From Octopus sinensis (lineage: Eukaryota), in the NCBI RefSeq assembly GCF_006345805.1, contig NC_043012.1:53320001-53384000 (forward strand): a stretch of 64,000 nt of DNA, written 5' to 3'. Of this stretch, positions 12,515 through 27,260 are shown one piece after another. The position numbers and the translations under genes were made by a program. Position 1 is the first letter of the stretch; the number at the start of each line of letters is the position of its first letter. A model generated the notes under the pieces. The model was given only the letters and a program-made list of their open reading frames with translations, had not been told where the DNA came from and made no database searches.

Positions 12515-12517
12515 CTA

Positions 12518-12750
12518 AAGGTGACGAGCTGGCAGAAACGTTAGCATACCGGGCGAAATGCTTAGCGATATTTCGTTTGCCGTTACGTTTTCGGTTCAAA
12601 TTCCGCTGAGGTCGACTTTGCTTTTCATCCTTTCGGGGTCGATAAATTAAGTACCAGTTACGCACTGGGGTCGATGTAATCGACTTAATCCCTTTGTCTG
12701 TCCTTGTTTGTTCCCTCTATGTTTAGTCCCTTGTGGGCAATTAAGAAATT
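12518..12750 (+). mobile_element. SINE family A within (GATA)n
   Basis: Full head, core and long tail. Confidence 0.9.
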
Positions 12751-12899
12751 ATAGATAGACAGGCAGACAGACAGACAGACAGACAGATAGATAGATAGAT
12801 AGATAGATAGAGATAGATAGATAGATAGATAGATAGATTGATAGATAGATAGATAGATAGATAGATAGGTATCCTACATTGAAAAGATTAAAAGTTGCA

Positions 12900-13012
12900 G
12901 CACTTCAAAACCAAAATAAACTAGAAGACGAGAAGACTGGCGTGGATGGAGAACAGGGAAGAAGCGTTGTCTAAGGTCTATGCTCCATACGGAGCGAAGA
13001 TCTTATGTAAGT
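12900..13012 (+). mobile_element. RTE-type LINE 3' end remnant
   Basis: GGTCTATGCTCCATACGGAGCGAAGA followed by a TAAG-type tail, resembling RTE 3' termini. Confidence 0.45.
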
Positions 13013-13044
13013 ATACATAGGGTGGCTATGTGGATATGCGCGGG

Positions 13045-13617
13045 GAATGGGGCCGATTGTGTGGTAGGAAGATTGCTTCCCAACCACATGGTTCCAAGTT
13101 CAATAGCATTGCGTGGCACCTTGGGCAAGTGTCTTCTGTTATAGCCTCGGGCCGACCAAAGCCTTTTGAGGGGATTTCGTAGGCGGACACTGAAATAAGC
13201 TCGTCGGATATATATGTGTGTGTGTGTGTCTTTGTGTCTGTGGTTGTCCGCCTACACAACTTGACAAGCGGATTTGTTCTATTGATATCCATATATAACC
13301 TAGCGGTTCGGCAAAAGAGACAATAAAATAAAAAATGGGCTTAGCATAAATATGTCCTAGGGTCGATTTGTTCGACTAAAACCGTTCAGTGTGGTACCCT
13401 AGCGTGGCCACAATCGAATATCTGAAAAATTGTAAACAGATACGTAGGGGCAGGAGTGGCTGTGTGGTAAGTAGCTTGCTAACCAGTCACATGGTTCCGG
13501 GTTCAGTCCCACTGCGTGGCATCTTGGGCAAGTGTCTTCTGCTATAGCTTCGCGCCGACCAAAGCCTTGTGAGTGGATTTGGTAGACGGAAACTGAAAGA
13601 AGCCTGTCGTATATATG

Positions 13618-13658
<41 letters not shown>

Positions 13659-13880
13659 ATATGTTTGTGTGTCTGTGTTTGTTACTCTAGCATTGCTTGA
13701 CAACCGATGCTGGTGTGTTTACGTCCCCGTCACCTAGCGGTTCGGCAAAAGACACCGATAGAATAAGTACTGGGCTTACAAAGAATAAGTCCCGGGGTCG
13801 ATTTGCTCGACTAAAGGCGGTGCTCCAGCATGGCCACGGTCAAATGACTGAAACAGGTAAAAGAGTAAAGAGAGAGAGAT
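13045..13880 (+). mobile_element. Two tandem SINE family B copies (13045-13435, 13446-13880)
   Basis: Two full head-microsatellite-tail units. Confidence 0.9.
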
Positions 13881-14247
13881 ACATGTGTGGGTAGATAAAC
13901 ATATAGAGACGGACAGACAGGCATACTTGCAGACACATGATGAGACAAACAGACAAACAGACAGACAGACAGGCAGAGAGACAAAGTCCCAAAAAACTCA
14001 GAATAGTTTATCAAGACATTTTTGCGTTGTGAAATAGGACACCTCAAATATAAAAGTTACGCTTTTAGGTCACAGACGGTTTTGGCAGAAAAGAAAGAAG
14101 GGTGAAAACTGTGAGTTTGGCACAACATGTAAGATAAATCGCTGGAACAAAGATACGAAGGAATTGGCCTAAGTACACAAAAACACACGCCAAGTACCAC
14201 ACGCATTCAAACACACACATACATAGACACAAGCAAACATACAAAAC

Positions 14248-14279
<32 letters not shown>

Positions 14280-14283
<4 letters not shown>

Positions 14284-14312
14284 ATATAGATACATCTACG
14301 TAATGTGTGTGC

Positions 14313-14377
<65 letters not shown>

Positions 14378-14760
14378 TGTGCGCGTGTGTGTTTGTGTGT
14401 GTGTGTATGTGTATAGATACAGCTATATGTGTGTGCGTGTATATATATATATATATGGATGTATGCATGTGCACACACATATTTATATGTACATACTTAT
14501 ACCAATATACATAGGTATATAAGTATATATATATATAGATATATAGATAGATAGATAGATAGAAAGATAGATAGATATATATATATATATAGATAGATAG
14601 ATATACATATATACATATATACAAACATATATATATATATATATGCATATATATACACACATATATACATATATATATCTGTATACATATATATAATTAC
14701 ATATGTGTATATATATAGATATATACATACATACACACACATATATATATATGGGGAAAT
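14280..14760. repeat. Compound (TA)n/(TG)n/(GATA)n microsatellite field
   Basis: Seen directly. Confidence 0.95.
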
Positions 14761-15204
14761 GTGTATATACACACACACTTGTGCGTGTAGGGAAGGGGGA
14801 ACTGAGATGGGGAGCGAAAGAAAGGAAACAAACAGGTGGGAGGCAGGGTGACGATTGAAGGAGAGGGGCGATTGAGTGGAGGGGAAAGCAAAGGCGTAAG
14901 AGCGAAGCGGGAGAGGGAGTGGAGTCCTATACATGCTCTCATTCTGTCATAACCACACACGCGCGCACGCACACACACACACACTGATGGACATAAATGT
15001 AAAGTTTTGTAAACACGTAAACTATATTTCTAAATTTCAAGAAGCGGCACGAAAACTGAAAATATGCAATTGTGTAACTGCGTTTCGATATGAGTATGTG
15101 TGCTTGCCTCGGTGTGTGTGTGTGTGTGTGTGCTTGTGTGTGTGTTTGTTTGTATGTGTGTTACTATGTGTGTATATGCAGACGTATATTATTATTCTTT
15201 TCTA

Positions 15205-15570
15205 ATCAAGGAACAAGGCCTGAAATTTTGAGGTATGGGGCCAGTCGATTAGATCGACATAGTACGCAACTGCTACTTTATTTATCGACCTAGAAAGGAT
15301 GAAAGGCAAAGTCGACATGGGCGGAATTTGAACTCAGAACGTGACGGGAGACGAAATACCTATTTCTTTACTACCCACAAGGGGCTAAACACAGAGAGGA
15401 CATTCAAGGACAGACAAACGGTTTAAATCGATTATATCGACTCCAGTGCGTAACTGGTGCTTATTTAATCGACCCCGAAAGGATGAAAGGCAAAGTTGAC
15501 CTCGGCGGAATTTGAACTCAGAACGTAGCGGCAGACGAAATACCGCTAAGCATTTCGCCCGGCATACTAA
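15205..15570 (-). mobile_element. SINE family A dimer
   Basis: A long-tail unit is joined to an internal position of a short-tail unit at about 15360. Confidence 0.88.
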
Positions 15571-15694
15571 AGACGTATATCGTATCATCATAAATGTACA
15601 CCCATGGACTTCCATACGTATGTATATATATTTATGTCTGTGTTGATGTTTGAATATATATATATATATATATATTCTTTCATGCCCTCCAAGA

Positions 15695-15920
15695 GCTTAT
15701 TACATATTCTTTTATTCTTTTATTTCTTTAAGTCACTTGACAGCGGCCATGCTGGAGTAATGCCTTTAGTCGAACAAATAGACCCCAGGATTTGTTCTTT
15801 GTAAGCCCAGTACTTATTCTATTGCTCTATTTTGCCGAATTACTAAGTTACGAGGACGTAAAGACACTAACATCGGTTGTCAAGCGATGGTGGGGGAGAA
15901 ACACAGACACACAAACATAT

Positions 15921-15969
<49 letters not shown>

Positions 15970-16190
15970 GAGAGAGAGAGACTTACTTGGAAATTGATAT
16001 ATATATATGTATGTATATTTAGGATGGGGTTCTTCCAGTTTCCGTCTACACAATCCACTCACATGACTATGGTCGGCCCGAGGCTATACTAGAAGACACC
16101 TGTTCAAGGTGCCATGCAGTGGGACTTAACCCGGAACCATGTGGCTGGGAAGCAAGCTACTTACCACAAACTCTGTGTCTATATATATAC

Positions 16191-16222
<32 letters not shown>

Positions 16223-16343
16223 ATGTGTGTGTGTGTGTGCGCGTGCGTATGTGTGTGTATGTATATATATATATAAACATGTTGAAGTGGTAGTGAGTGC
16301 TAAATAAAGATATATATACACACACACACACTCCTGTATGTGT

Positions 16344-16390
<47 letters not shown>

Positions 16391-16800
16391 TTTTTTTTGT
16401 CCTGTACTTGTTTCAGTCATTAAACTCCGGCCATGCTGGGACTCCGTCTTAAACAGTTTCCAGTCGAATGAACAAACCCCAGTACACACACACACACACA
16501 TACACATATATATATATACGACGAGCTTCTTTTCATTTTCGTCTACCAAATCCACTCACAATGCTTTGGTCCGCCCGAACTTATAGTAGAAGACACTTGA
16601 CCAATGTTCCACGCAGCGAAACAGAACTATGTATAGATGCGACGTTTCTTTCAGTTTCCTTCTATCAAAGCCACTTCACGAAGCTTTAACCAGCTCAGAG
16701 CCATAGTGTCTTCGAATATAGCTATGGTCGCCCAAGGCGCCAAGCAGTGTGACTGAATCCAGAACCATGTGGTTGAGATGCATACTTCTTACCACACTGC
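15695..16800 (-). mobile_element. SINE family B copies (15695-16170; 16395-16800 composite)
   Basis: Reverse complement of family B halves. Confidence 0.82.
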
Positions 16801-18084
16801 ATACATAGACATAGAAACATATACTCGTAAGCATGCACGTGTATTATGTCACAAACAAGTTGAAAAAACATATTCATAATTGTTAAAGATTCTCAGGAGA
16901 ACCGTCTGTATATCAATATACATTGATAGGTTTCTTATGACATATTAAATAGGAAAGCTTTATTTCAGAGTCTACGAAAGTGTTATTTTATCAACTGGAA
17001 TACGACAACACCCTTTGACGCACTTGCCGACTTGTTGGTCAAGTGTTAAGCCTCAGCATGGCTGCCTGCTTCATGTGTCTAAATGAGAAACATTTAGAAT
17101 CTAGTGTCAAATGTAGTGAGCGTTGGTGTTAAGTGTAGACGTTGCTTTGCATTGATTGTACTGTTTTATGGTAACCTGTCAAATCAATCATCCATTAATA
17201 TTTGAATAAGTATCTATGAAAATATATATTTAGTTACGCATATACATATGTTTGTGTGTGTATGTAGATTTATAAATTTATAAATTATATATATATTATA
17301 TATATACATGCATGTGTGTGTGTGTGTGTGTGTAAAAATGGGGAATAAGGTAAAGTGCAGCCCGCAACAATAACCGTGATTAGTAGTGGGTTCCACACTC
17401 CACTCCAATACTTCGTGTATTACAACGCTGAGGATTAATCACGGGATAGGCTACTGTGCAGAATACAAACTAAACAAGGGATGAAATGAAAAGCACAAAA
17501 CATGTATCGTATTCAAAGTTTTATAGGGCATACACGTGTTTAAGTAAACTGCCGAAATAATTACGTAATATTTCTAGAAGCATTATGCAGCTATGCATTT
17601 TACTTTGTCAGTGTCCTGCCATAAACGGAACAATATAGGTTGAAGATCCAGATATATACACACTTTCCCTTTATGCAAATGATCAACAACTTCGCATATC
17701 GCATAAAATAGCTGACAATGCATTACATTAAGGAAGTTCGAGTAATATCACGCTTTTCTCAAGTCAATATAGACTGTTGTATTTATGGCTGGACTCTAAT
17801 GTGGTGAAATGCATGATTACATAATGTGTGTGCGTGTGTGTGGCATTATGATGTGATATAAAGACGATATTCATTTGTTATGAAATTAGATCTTCCTACA
17901 ACCTATAAATATCGATCAGACTTATCTATATCAGTTACGTTAGTGTTAACATCGAATATAGTAAATATGAAACAGCTAACTAAAAAGAATTTTATTAGTT
18001 AAGCGATATTCTCATCAATACGTCGATTCGTGAGGAAGCCTATAATATGTTTTGTTTGTCTCCCATTTATTCCATTCTCCACAT

Positions 18085-18388
18085 TATTTCTGCTCTAGAC
18101 ACAAGGCCCGAAATTTTGGGGGATGGAGCCAGTACGCAACTGGTACTTAATTTATCGACCCCGAAAGGATGAAAGGCAAAGTCGACCTCGGGGGAATTTC
18201 AACTCAGAACGTAGAGGCAGACGAAATACCTCTTTCTTTACTACCCACAAGGAGCTAAACATAGAGGGGACAAACAAGCACAGACAAACGGATTAAGTCG
18301 ATTATATCGACCCCAGTGCGTAACTGGTAGTTATTTAATCAACCCCGAAAGGATGAAAGGCAAAGTCGACCTCGGCGGAATTTCCACA
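18085..18388 (-). mobile_element. SINE family A dimer
   Basis: Same junction at about 18228. Confidence 0.88.
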
Positions 18389-18462
18389 TTTTTTGCAAGA
18401 TATATCTTTCTGTTTTTGATGACCTCTTCATCTCTTTCTCTCTCTCTCTCACACACACACAA

Positions 18463-18526
<64 letters not shown>

Positions 18527-19089
18527 ACACACATACGCTCATATACATATGCTCATCTTAACTCAAGCTTGTTCACAGTAATTTAATGATAATTTCATCT
18601 TTGAGCATAGAACTGTATTAAACTGTACATAATGATCATGATCATCATGATCGTGATGATGATGATGATGATGATGATGACGACGACGACGATGACGACG
18701 ACGGCGACCACGACGGAGACGCAACGATAAGGAGGAGGAGGAGGAGGAGGAGGAGGAAGAGGACAACGACGGTGACGACGACGACTACGACTACAACAAC
18801 AGCGACGGCAATGCTGTTAATGATGATTGTGATGATGGCAGTCTAAAAGACATGAGCAATTGCCCTCATTAGCATTATCTTTTCTGTTTGGTATTCACTT
18901 CAAGGTTAGATACAGAATATGTTTTTAAGTCTCATCAACATAATTTACATATTTTTGTGTATGATGAGAGTGGGGCGGGGGGGGGGTAGTCGTGTCTTTT
19001 ACATTTAATTATTCTATTTTTATCATCATTTTCTGCTTTGTTTTTCTAACTTAATAATGTTTTTCAGAGAAGGATCTGAAACTATTTAG

Positions 19090-20030
19090 AAAGAAAGAGA
19101 CGCGAGGAGAGACAGAAAGACGAAGAAGCGGAGGAAGAGAGATAAAAAGTAAGAAAGAAAGAAAGGACGGAAGAAAGAAAGAAAGAAAGAAAGAGAGACA
19201 CAGACAGATAGACTGAGATACTAAGCGATAGTGAGACAAAGAGAGAGAGAAAGACAGAGTCAAAGAGAGAGAGAGAGAGACTGAGAGAGCGAAAGGGTGT
19301 AAGAGAGATTAAGTAAGAAGAGAAAGAATGCAAGTTAGAGGCAAGAAGAGAAAGCATCCAACGCAAGAGAGACAGCCAAGCAGACAGAGAGACAGAAACG
19401 GAGGGAAACAAGAAAACATCAGTATGAAAGAGTGAGACAGACAGGTGGGGAGCAAGGAATACAAAAGAATCTAGAGAGAGAAAGTCAATGTGAGAAGGAA
19501 GATGCAAGTAAGAGAGAGAGAAAAATAAGAGAGGAAGAGAAAAATTACAAGAGAGAGACAAAAAATTACAAGAATGAGAGAGAGAGAGAGAAATTACAAG
19601 AGTGACAGAGAGTGAGAAATGATATTTGAGAATAAGGAAGAGAAGTGATAAAATAAGTGAGGGAGAGAGAGAGAGAAATTATAAGAGGGAACGATAAGAG
19701 AGAGAAATGGCATTTGAGAGTGAGGAAGAGAGGCGATAAAAGAGGAGAGAGAGAGAGAAAGTGAGTGAGTAAGAGAGAGTAGATGCAAGAGAGAGGCAAG
19801 AAGCGATAGAAAATAAAGAGGGGAAAGAGAGAGAGATAGTTAGAGAGACAAAGTTCACAAAATATAGAGATAGTATAAGAAACAGCGAGAGAGAGAGAGG
19901 GTGCAACAGAGGGTGACAGGAAGCTAGAGAGCGGAAGTATAAGAGAGGGAGATAGCGTAAAGGAAGTGTAAATGTTGTTTGGTGAAAAATAAGTGATAAC
20001 GAGATAAGGGAGACAGTGACCTCAATTGAC
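19090..20030 (+). repeat. About 950-bp purine-rich (GA) low-complexity tract with imperfect internal repeats
   Basis: Strong purine bias on the + strand; GAGAAATTACAAGAG motif repeated. Confidence 0.9.
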
Positions 20031-20354
20031 CCTACGCACTTATTTTGATAACCTTGAGCTTTAATGGGAATGACCCAGCTCCAGATTTTATATGTCATTT
20101 TACATCTAATGGAAGGACTGTGAAACTCCAAATACACATTATCTATACACAATACGCGTGGAGAGCAACGTATATACATGTATATATATATACACACATT
20201 ATATATATATATATAATGTGTGTGTGTGTGTATAAACATACACACATATGTACATCTACAGATATGTATGTATGTATATATATGTGTATATATATGTATG
20301 TATATATGCGCGCGTGTGTGTGTGTGTGTGCGTAAGTCTGCCACTATATATATA

Positions 20355-20658
<304 letters not shown>

Positions 20659-20659
20659 C

Positions 20660-20870
20660 CATGTTGATTCGTTAGTTACTGCACGCATTTTTTTCTCTCC
20701 TTCTTTCTGTGTTTTTTTTTTTTCTCTCTGTGTATCTTTCTGTTGAAGAGCGTAGGCTCGAAACGTTAAAGACTTGTTTTATTTATATTTCCTGAGCGCC
20801 ATACTAATACAATTGTTTGTTTGTTTTCCACCTGCCTTCGTCTTTTGTCTATTTTCATAAAGCTTCCCGT
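20660..20870 (+). mobile_element. CUGUNGA hammerhead family, copy 2
   Basis: TCTTT-CTGTTGA-A-GAGC gtag GCTC-GAAA-CGT-T-AAAGA at 20735-20772; ends in (TA)n. Confidence 0.75.
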
Positions 20871-21184
20871 TATATATATATATATATATAAGCATATTAG
20901 TATATTCTACAGTGGGGTGTTTAACAAGCCGCTTATTTATGTCAGGGTCAGCAAAACGTTAGGTTATATAAGGGACATGTACTAGAGACTAAATTGCAGA
21001 GCAAACGGTACTGGTAATCTGTAGATATTTGGGAATTGCTTGAGCTGTTGCTGTTGTTGATGTTCTTACTGCTGCTCTTATTGCTGTTACAGCTACTGCT
21101 ACTGCTGCTGTTGGTGTTGTTACTACAGTTTTTGTTTAGACCGAGGCAAACCCCGAAGCAGTAGACCTATGCTCACACACATGC

Positions 21185-21399
21185 TCTTTTAATCTTTTAC
21201 TTGTTTCAGTCATTAGACTGCGGCCATGCTGGAGCACCGCCTTTCGTCGAGCAAATCGTCCCCAGGACTTATTCTTTGTAAGCCTAGTGCTTATTCTATC
21301 GGTCTGTTTTGCCGAACCGGTAAGTTACGGGGACGTAAACACACCAGCATCGGTTGTCAAGCGATGTTGGGGGAACAAACACAGACACACACACAAACA

Positions 21400-21448
<49 letters not shown>

Positions 21449-21602
21449 CGACGGGCTTCTTTCAGTTTCCGTCTACCAAATCCACTCACAAGGCTTTGGT
21501 CGGCCCGAGGCTATAGTAGAAGACACTTTCCCAAGGTGAGACTGAACCCGGTCCATGTGGTTCGTAAGCAAGCTACTTACCACACACCCACTCCTACGCC
21601 TA
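21185..21602 (-). mobile_element. SINE family B
   Basis: Full length, reverse orientation. Confidence 0.9.
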
Positions 21603-21784
21603 TGGCTTTCCTGGCTGAAACTTCGAAGTCACTGTCAGTAATATTATTGTTAAAGAATAATCAAGTACATGCAGTAAAGTATTGTTTTCTTATATTTCAT
21701 TTCAGTGTTTACTTTAGAACTTTTGTGTTTCGAATTATACTTCCTCCAAAGGGGAGATAATTGCTTTCATATGCAGTACATTAA

Positions 21785-22039
21785 AAAAATGCTTCCTTCT
21801 CGGGTCATACCGACTCATAAGGACCTGTTTCGTGGTTTCCATGGCAAATAAATTCCCCCACCTGGACGGGACGTCGATCCGTCGCAGAGTTGCTCGTTTT
21901 TGCCAGCTGAATGAACTGGAGAAACATGAAAATGAAGTGTTTTTCTCAAAATCATAATGCGTCGCCCGGTCCAGGAAGGGAAACAACAATCTTAACATCA
22001 CGAGTCATAAACCCTTACCACTAAGCCATGCACCTCCAC
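21785..22039 (-). mobile_element. CORE-type SINE (family C)
   Basis: Reverse-complement homologue of 10674-10935. Confidence 0.78.
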
Positions 22040-22159
22040 AGTACCTTACAAGATCAAAACAGAATGTCCACTGCATTGATTCCACCATCCTAAAAAGGAC
22101 ATGAGTACTGTCTCGTCCCCGACCCTTAAATATACTTGCTATACTCTACTAAAACATAT

Positions 22160-22552
22160 CTTTTGTTTTTCTTTTCACTTGTTTCAGTCATTTGACTGCG
22201 GCCATGCTGGTGCACCGCCTTTAATCGAGCAAATCGACCCCGGGACTTATTCTTTGTAAGCCCAGTACTTATTCTATCGGGCTTTTGCCGAACCGCTAAG
22301 TGACGGGGACATAAACACACCAGCATCGGTTGTCAAGCAATGCTAGGGGGACAAACACAGACACACAAACATACACGCACATACATATATATACATATAT
22401 ACGACGGGCTTCTTTCAGTTTCCGTCTATAAGGCTTTGGTCGGCCCGAGGCTATAGTAGAAGACACTTGCCCAAGGTGCCACGCAGTGGGACTGAACCCG
22501 GAACCATGTGGTTGGTAAACAAGCTACTTAACACACATCCACTCCTGCGCCT
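22160..22552 (-). mobile_element. SINE family B
   Basis: Full length, reverse orientation. Confidence 0.9.
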
Positions 22553-23379
22553 ATATATGTTTATAGTTTTTAAATAATGCTTGAAGTAATGTACTTATGT
22601 AAATATCTTGACTGTTTACACAATTTCTAAGAGAACCAAATCACTCAAGGGACAATCGATATAGTTTCAGTCCTGTTTTGGGATTTAATCTGTGGCTAAA
22701 TAAACACATTTTTTTTATCCACAGCAATACTGAGGTCACCATTACTATGGGCTTAAGTGAATGATAAGCAAATTACATAGAAGAACGTAACTTTATAAAT
22801 ACACACACACAGACACACTCGCTCGCTCGAAAGGAATTCTAATCATTAACATCACGTTATTTTTTCTTTGGATCATTATGTGTATAGAGCAACATTATCT
22901 AATCTATAGTATTATAGCTGACGTTATTTAGCGCTAAATCAAATCTGACTGAGTAGATCCAATGCATTCAAGTGATGACTGACCTGTCCTCCAATCATCA
23001 ATTAATGCAGAATCCAAAAGAGCTTTTCCGTTTAAGACCGTGGTGCAGCGTGTGATTTGAAAGAGATACAATTGCTGCTTTTTACTGGTAGAGCAACCTT
23101 ACTGAAGACTTTTTCGTAGATTCTGCATAATATAGTAATTAGTTTTAGTTGCTATACAAGGGACAGAGTTAGAGACTAAATGCCTCGCTGTATTTCTTCT
23201 GATTATTTGCGTTCTGAGCTCAAATCCCACCGAAGTAAATTTTACCTCTCATCTTTTCGAGGCTCGATAAATATTGTGGTTGATGTAGCCGATTAACCTC
23301 GTCCCTTCAAAACTGCTGGCCTTGTGCTAATACCGGAAATGATTATTTAGCACAATAAATTGTGCTAAATTGTGCGGGT

Positions 23380-23535
23380 GGCACGTAAAAAGCACCCACT
23401 ACACTCATGGAGTGGTTGGCGTTAGGAAGAGCATCCAGCCGTAGAAACACTGCCAGATCAGACTGGGCCTGGTGCAGCCTTCTGGCTTCACAGACCCCAG
23501 TTGAACCGTCCAACCCATGCTAGCATGGAAAGCGA
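23380..23535 (+). mobile_element. RTE/Rex3-type 3' tail-containing repeat
   Basis: GGCGTTAGGAAGAGCATCCAGCCGTAGAAAC...AACCCATGCTAGCATGGAAAGCG, matching a recalled RTE 3' UTR pattern. Confidence 0.55.
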
Positions 23536-24338
23536 AATCACGACCTTGCGATCGTAAGCCGAACACCCTAACCACTAAGCCACGTTCCTCAACATATAAC
23601 AAACATGTAACAATGATAAAAAGGTAACAAAAGTATTTAGCACCGAATGAGGGTGGTAGAGTGATAGAGTGGTAGAATCGGTAGAGCGCCGGATGAAATG
23701 CCTGGCAGTATTTAATTGCGAATCATTACGTTCTTAGTTCTAACCTTCCTTGGCCAAGTTTGTCTTTCACTTATTTAGAATCAATAAAATAGTCACGTAC
23801 TGGAAATTCTTTAAGCGCTTAACCACCCTTTCCCTGAACATTGCTAGCCTTGTATCAAAATTAAAAATTATTATTTATCTCCAGATCAGCCTTTTCAAGA
23901 GAACTACAACCATGACCACCACCCTCTATGAATGCCTATCGTGATGTATTTAAGGCTAAATTATCGTATGAATACTGTTTTTAAAAGTTAGAATTTGTTT
24001 ACGGATGTTGTGTGTTTGAAAAGGTGATGAAATAAACAAGCGTTGTTATTTAGCACATGAACCAAACTGATGTAAACAACCAGCTGTAAGTTATTTACAA
24101 CGAAGAGAGTTAAACACGTTGACAATGGCGCCCACAAACGAAGAAACGCAAAATGTTTATATACTAACTGTACAAAGAGTCAAGTTGTTTATAGTAAATG
24201 ATCACAAAAGTATACACAAATAATTAAGTCGTGTGTTAAAGGGTGATATAAACAGTGCAAGGTAATACTGTGATAAAGGTTATAACCTCGTAACCACAAG
24301 GTTTTCAGGAGTTCAATCCTGTACTGTAGAACATTGAG

Positions 24339-24854
24339 TACCGTAAATCCTCGAATATAGTCCGCCCTTGAGTATAATACGCAGCGGATTTTTAGGAGGC
24401 TGTACCTCTGAAAAACCTAAACCTTGTGTATAATACGCACCCCTTCTCTGACTTGAGTCAAGGAGGTCTATATAACGTCCTTGTTTTGTAAAAATGTATA
24501 CGGTAACGTCCTTTATTGTTATTGTATATCTAACATAATGCAAACGTGTAGCTTTTTTGTGCATTTTGTTTGCAGAAAATAAAGAAATAACAGTAATAAC
24601 GTTTAATAAGTGTTGCTTATTGCAAGTTATGGATGATTCTTTTATGACTTCATTGCTTTCAGGCTTAGCTTAAGGTATTTTCACGCCTGGCATCATAAAA
24701 TGCGTCTGAATAAACATTGCCGGACAGCAAATAGAGACTCAGACATTGCTTAGAAAATAATTTTCATTTTTAACCTCGTATATAGTACGCACTAGGGATT
24801 TTGACATTTAAATTTTGAGAAAAAAATGCGGATTATACTCGAGGATTTACGGTA
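24339..24854. mobile_element. Tc1/mariner-pogo type MITE
   Basis: TIRs TACCGTAAATCCTCGAATATAGTCCGC vs TACCGTAAATCCTCGAGTATAATCCGC (25/27), TA TSD, and internal repeats of GTATAATACGCA. Confidence 0.88.
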
Positions 24855-25418
24855 ACTTCTTCCACATGGTGGTTACGCCATGATAAAAGCCTTATCAATA
24901 GAAATTTTTAGAAGAAAACTGATCAGAATGATGTGAATACTCAGGCACACACACACACGCGTGCGCATACACACACACGCGTGCGCATACACACACACGC
25001 GTGCGCATACACACACATGTACATATGTATGTTTGTGTAAGTGAGTTTGGGTGTGTGTATGTATGAGAGTGAGTGTGTGCGCGCTCACACGTGTTTTGTG
25101 TCTTGTATCCCCAGCGCTTCAGCAAATACAGATTGTGCAAAGCAAGAACCAGAATAAGATCGATATGATCCTCTAAAATCTGTTAAAGGCGGTGCCCCAG
25201 CATGGCCGATGCCCAATTACCGAAAGTAGCACAAGAGCAGAAGAATACGTGAATTTTTTTTGTTTTCGGATTTTGCTGTTGTAACTGGTCTTGCTGTTGA
25301 GAACCAAATCAGATCTGTCCGAGCAAAACTAGCATCAGAGGTACAATATCCATGACCACCACCACGTTTCACATTCTCTCTTTCTCTCTTTGTCTGTCTC
25401 TGTATGTCTGTCTGCCTG

Positions 25419-25449
<31 letters not shown>

Positions 25450-25551
25450 TTTTCTCTTTCTCCCTTTTTTTGTCTACAAAGCACACACATATAATGTAAA
25501 TACTGAATTAAGTATTTTACTTTATCAGTATATAAATGTGTGTGTGTACAT

Positions 25552-25591
<40 letters not shown>

Positions 25592-26073
25592 TTGCGGTGG
25601 AACTATTTTGCACCGCATTCTCTAATGAAGAATGGTCTTTCATTTTTAAATCACTAAAGTTTGACACGAGACAAATTTGCCTGTTATTTCATGCTGCACA
25701 CACGACCACATGAAGACGCAGCCTTATTATTTACCGAAAGTGTCCCAGAACATAAAATGCTGGGAACCAAGACCTCTTGTCTTCGTGATAAAAACAGATA
25801 GTGAAACAGCATGGGGCTGTAGAATAACGTAGGCCTAATGAGATAGCTGAACAATAAAGAAGTACACAAACAATCCAGCATTATATTATGTTGAGATAAC
25901 AATATCTACATGAATACACAACAAATAATACTACAATACTAATTACCAGCGATGCATCACTCTCTCTCTCTCTCTCTCTCTCACACACGCACGCAAACAC
26001 ACACATATATATATATATATATACGTATATATATACATATATATATATATATCTGTACACACATATATACTCA

Positions 26074-26125
<52 letters not shown>

Positions 26126-26149
26126 ATATATATAATATATATAAACATA

Positions 26150-26182
<33 letters not shown>

Positions 26183-26815
26183 AGATAGATAGATAGACAG
26201 ATAGATAGATGGATAGATAGCTAGATAAGCATGCATGTGTGAACAAATATACATACATACATATACGCAGAGTTGTATATGCGTATATATATGCATGTAT
26301 GCGTATACAGTTATAGATATAGATTAAATACATATATTCAAAACAATATAATATATCATTATGGAGGAAAATGTATATTTACATGAGTATATAATATACA
26401 CGACAGTATGAAATTGTTTAACGAATAGATAATAATACAAACATTTCTGTGATAGAGTTCTAAGGACACATACACACATGCGTGCTTGTGTGTTTTTGTG
26501 CATGTGTGAGTTTTGTTTGACGGACTGCACGTGTGTGTATCTTTGCTTGTTTATATGATAATTCAATCGAAGGTTTCATAGAATAAACAATATGACATCT
26601 ATGAATAAGAAATATTCCAGCGTAAATTACTTCTAACACGAACTTTCCATTGCATAACTATATATGTATATAAACAAACATATATACATGCTTATATATA
26701 TATATATAATATATATATAATATATATATATATAAACAACTAAATAAATAGGCTTATAATACAGTATGTACTATACTTATGCATTCTACATATATATATA
26801 TATGTATATATATAA

Positions 26816-26858
<43 letters not shown>

Positions 26859-26987
26859 TATATATATGTATGTATATATATATGTGTATATATATATGTA
26901 CATACGTACATATTCATGTGTGTGTGTATTTATATGCTAGTTACACTTTATGTACGATATATACAACCAATATATAATATCCAATAC

Positions 26988-27047
<60 letters not shown>

Positions 27048-27206
27048 ATAAATATCATCAACTGTACATACTTTTATAAAAACAGAGAGTATCTAATAAA
27101 TAAAACATATCGTATAATGAATGAGTTAAAATTTATGGAAACGAAGTTAATATACCAAAAATAAAAATAAATACAAAATACGAAGGTTTGTTTCTCTTTT
27201 ACTTAC

Positions 27207-27260
27207 CGTCACACATATTGCCAGTATGACAAGCAGAACGAAGCACGCATTCGACACCAT
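27207..27260 (-). CDS. ITIH: Exon 1 (signal peptide) of an inter-alpha-trypsin inhibitor heavy chain-like gene
   Basis: The minus strand reads ataacgATGG (A at -3, G at +4), then MVSNACFVLLVILAICVT (54 nt), then a GTAAGT donor. It ends in phase 0, matching the phase-0 start of the VIT exon at 4116. Joining the two exons is an inference from phase and protein logic. Confidence 0.75.
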
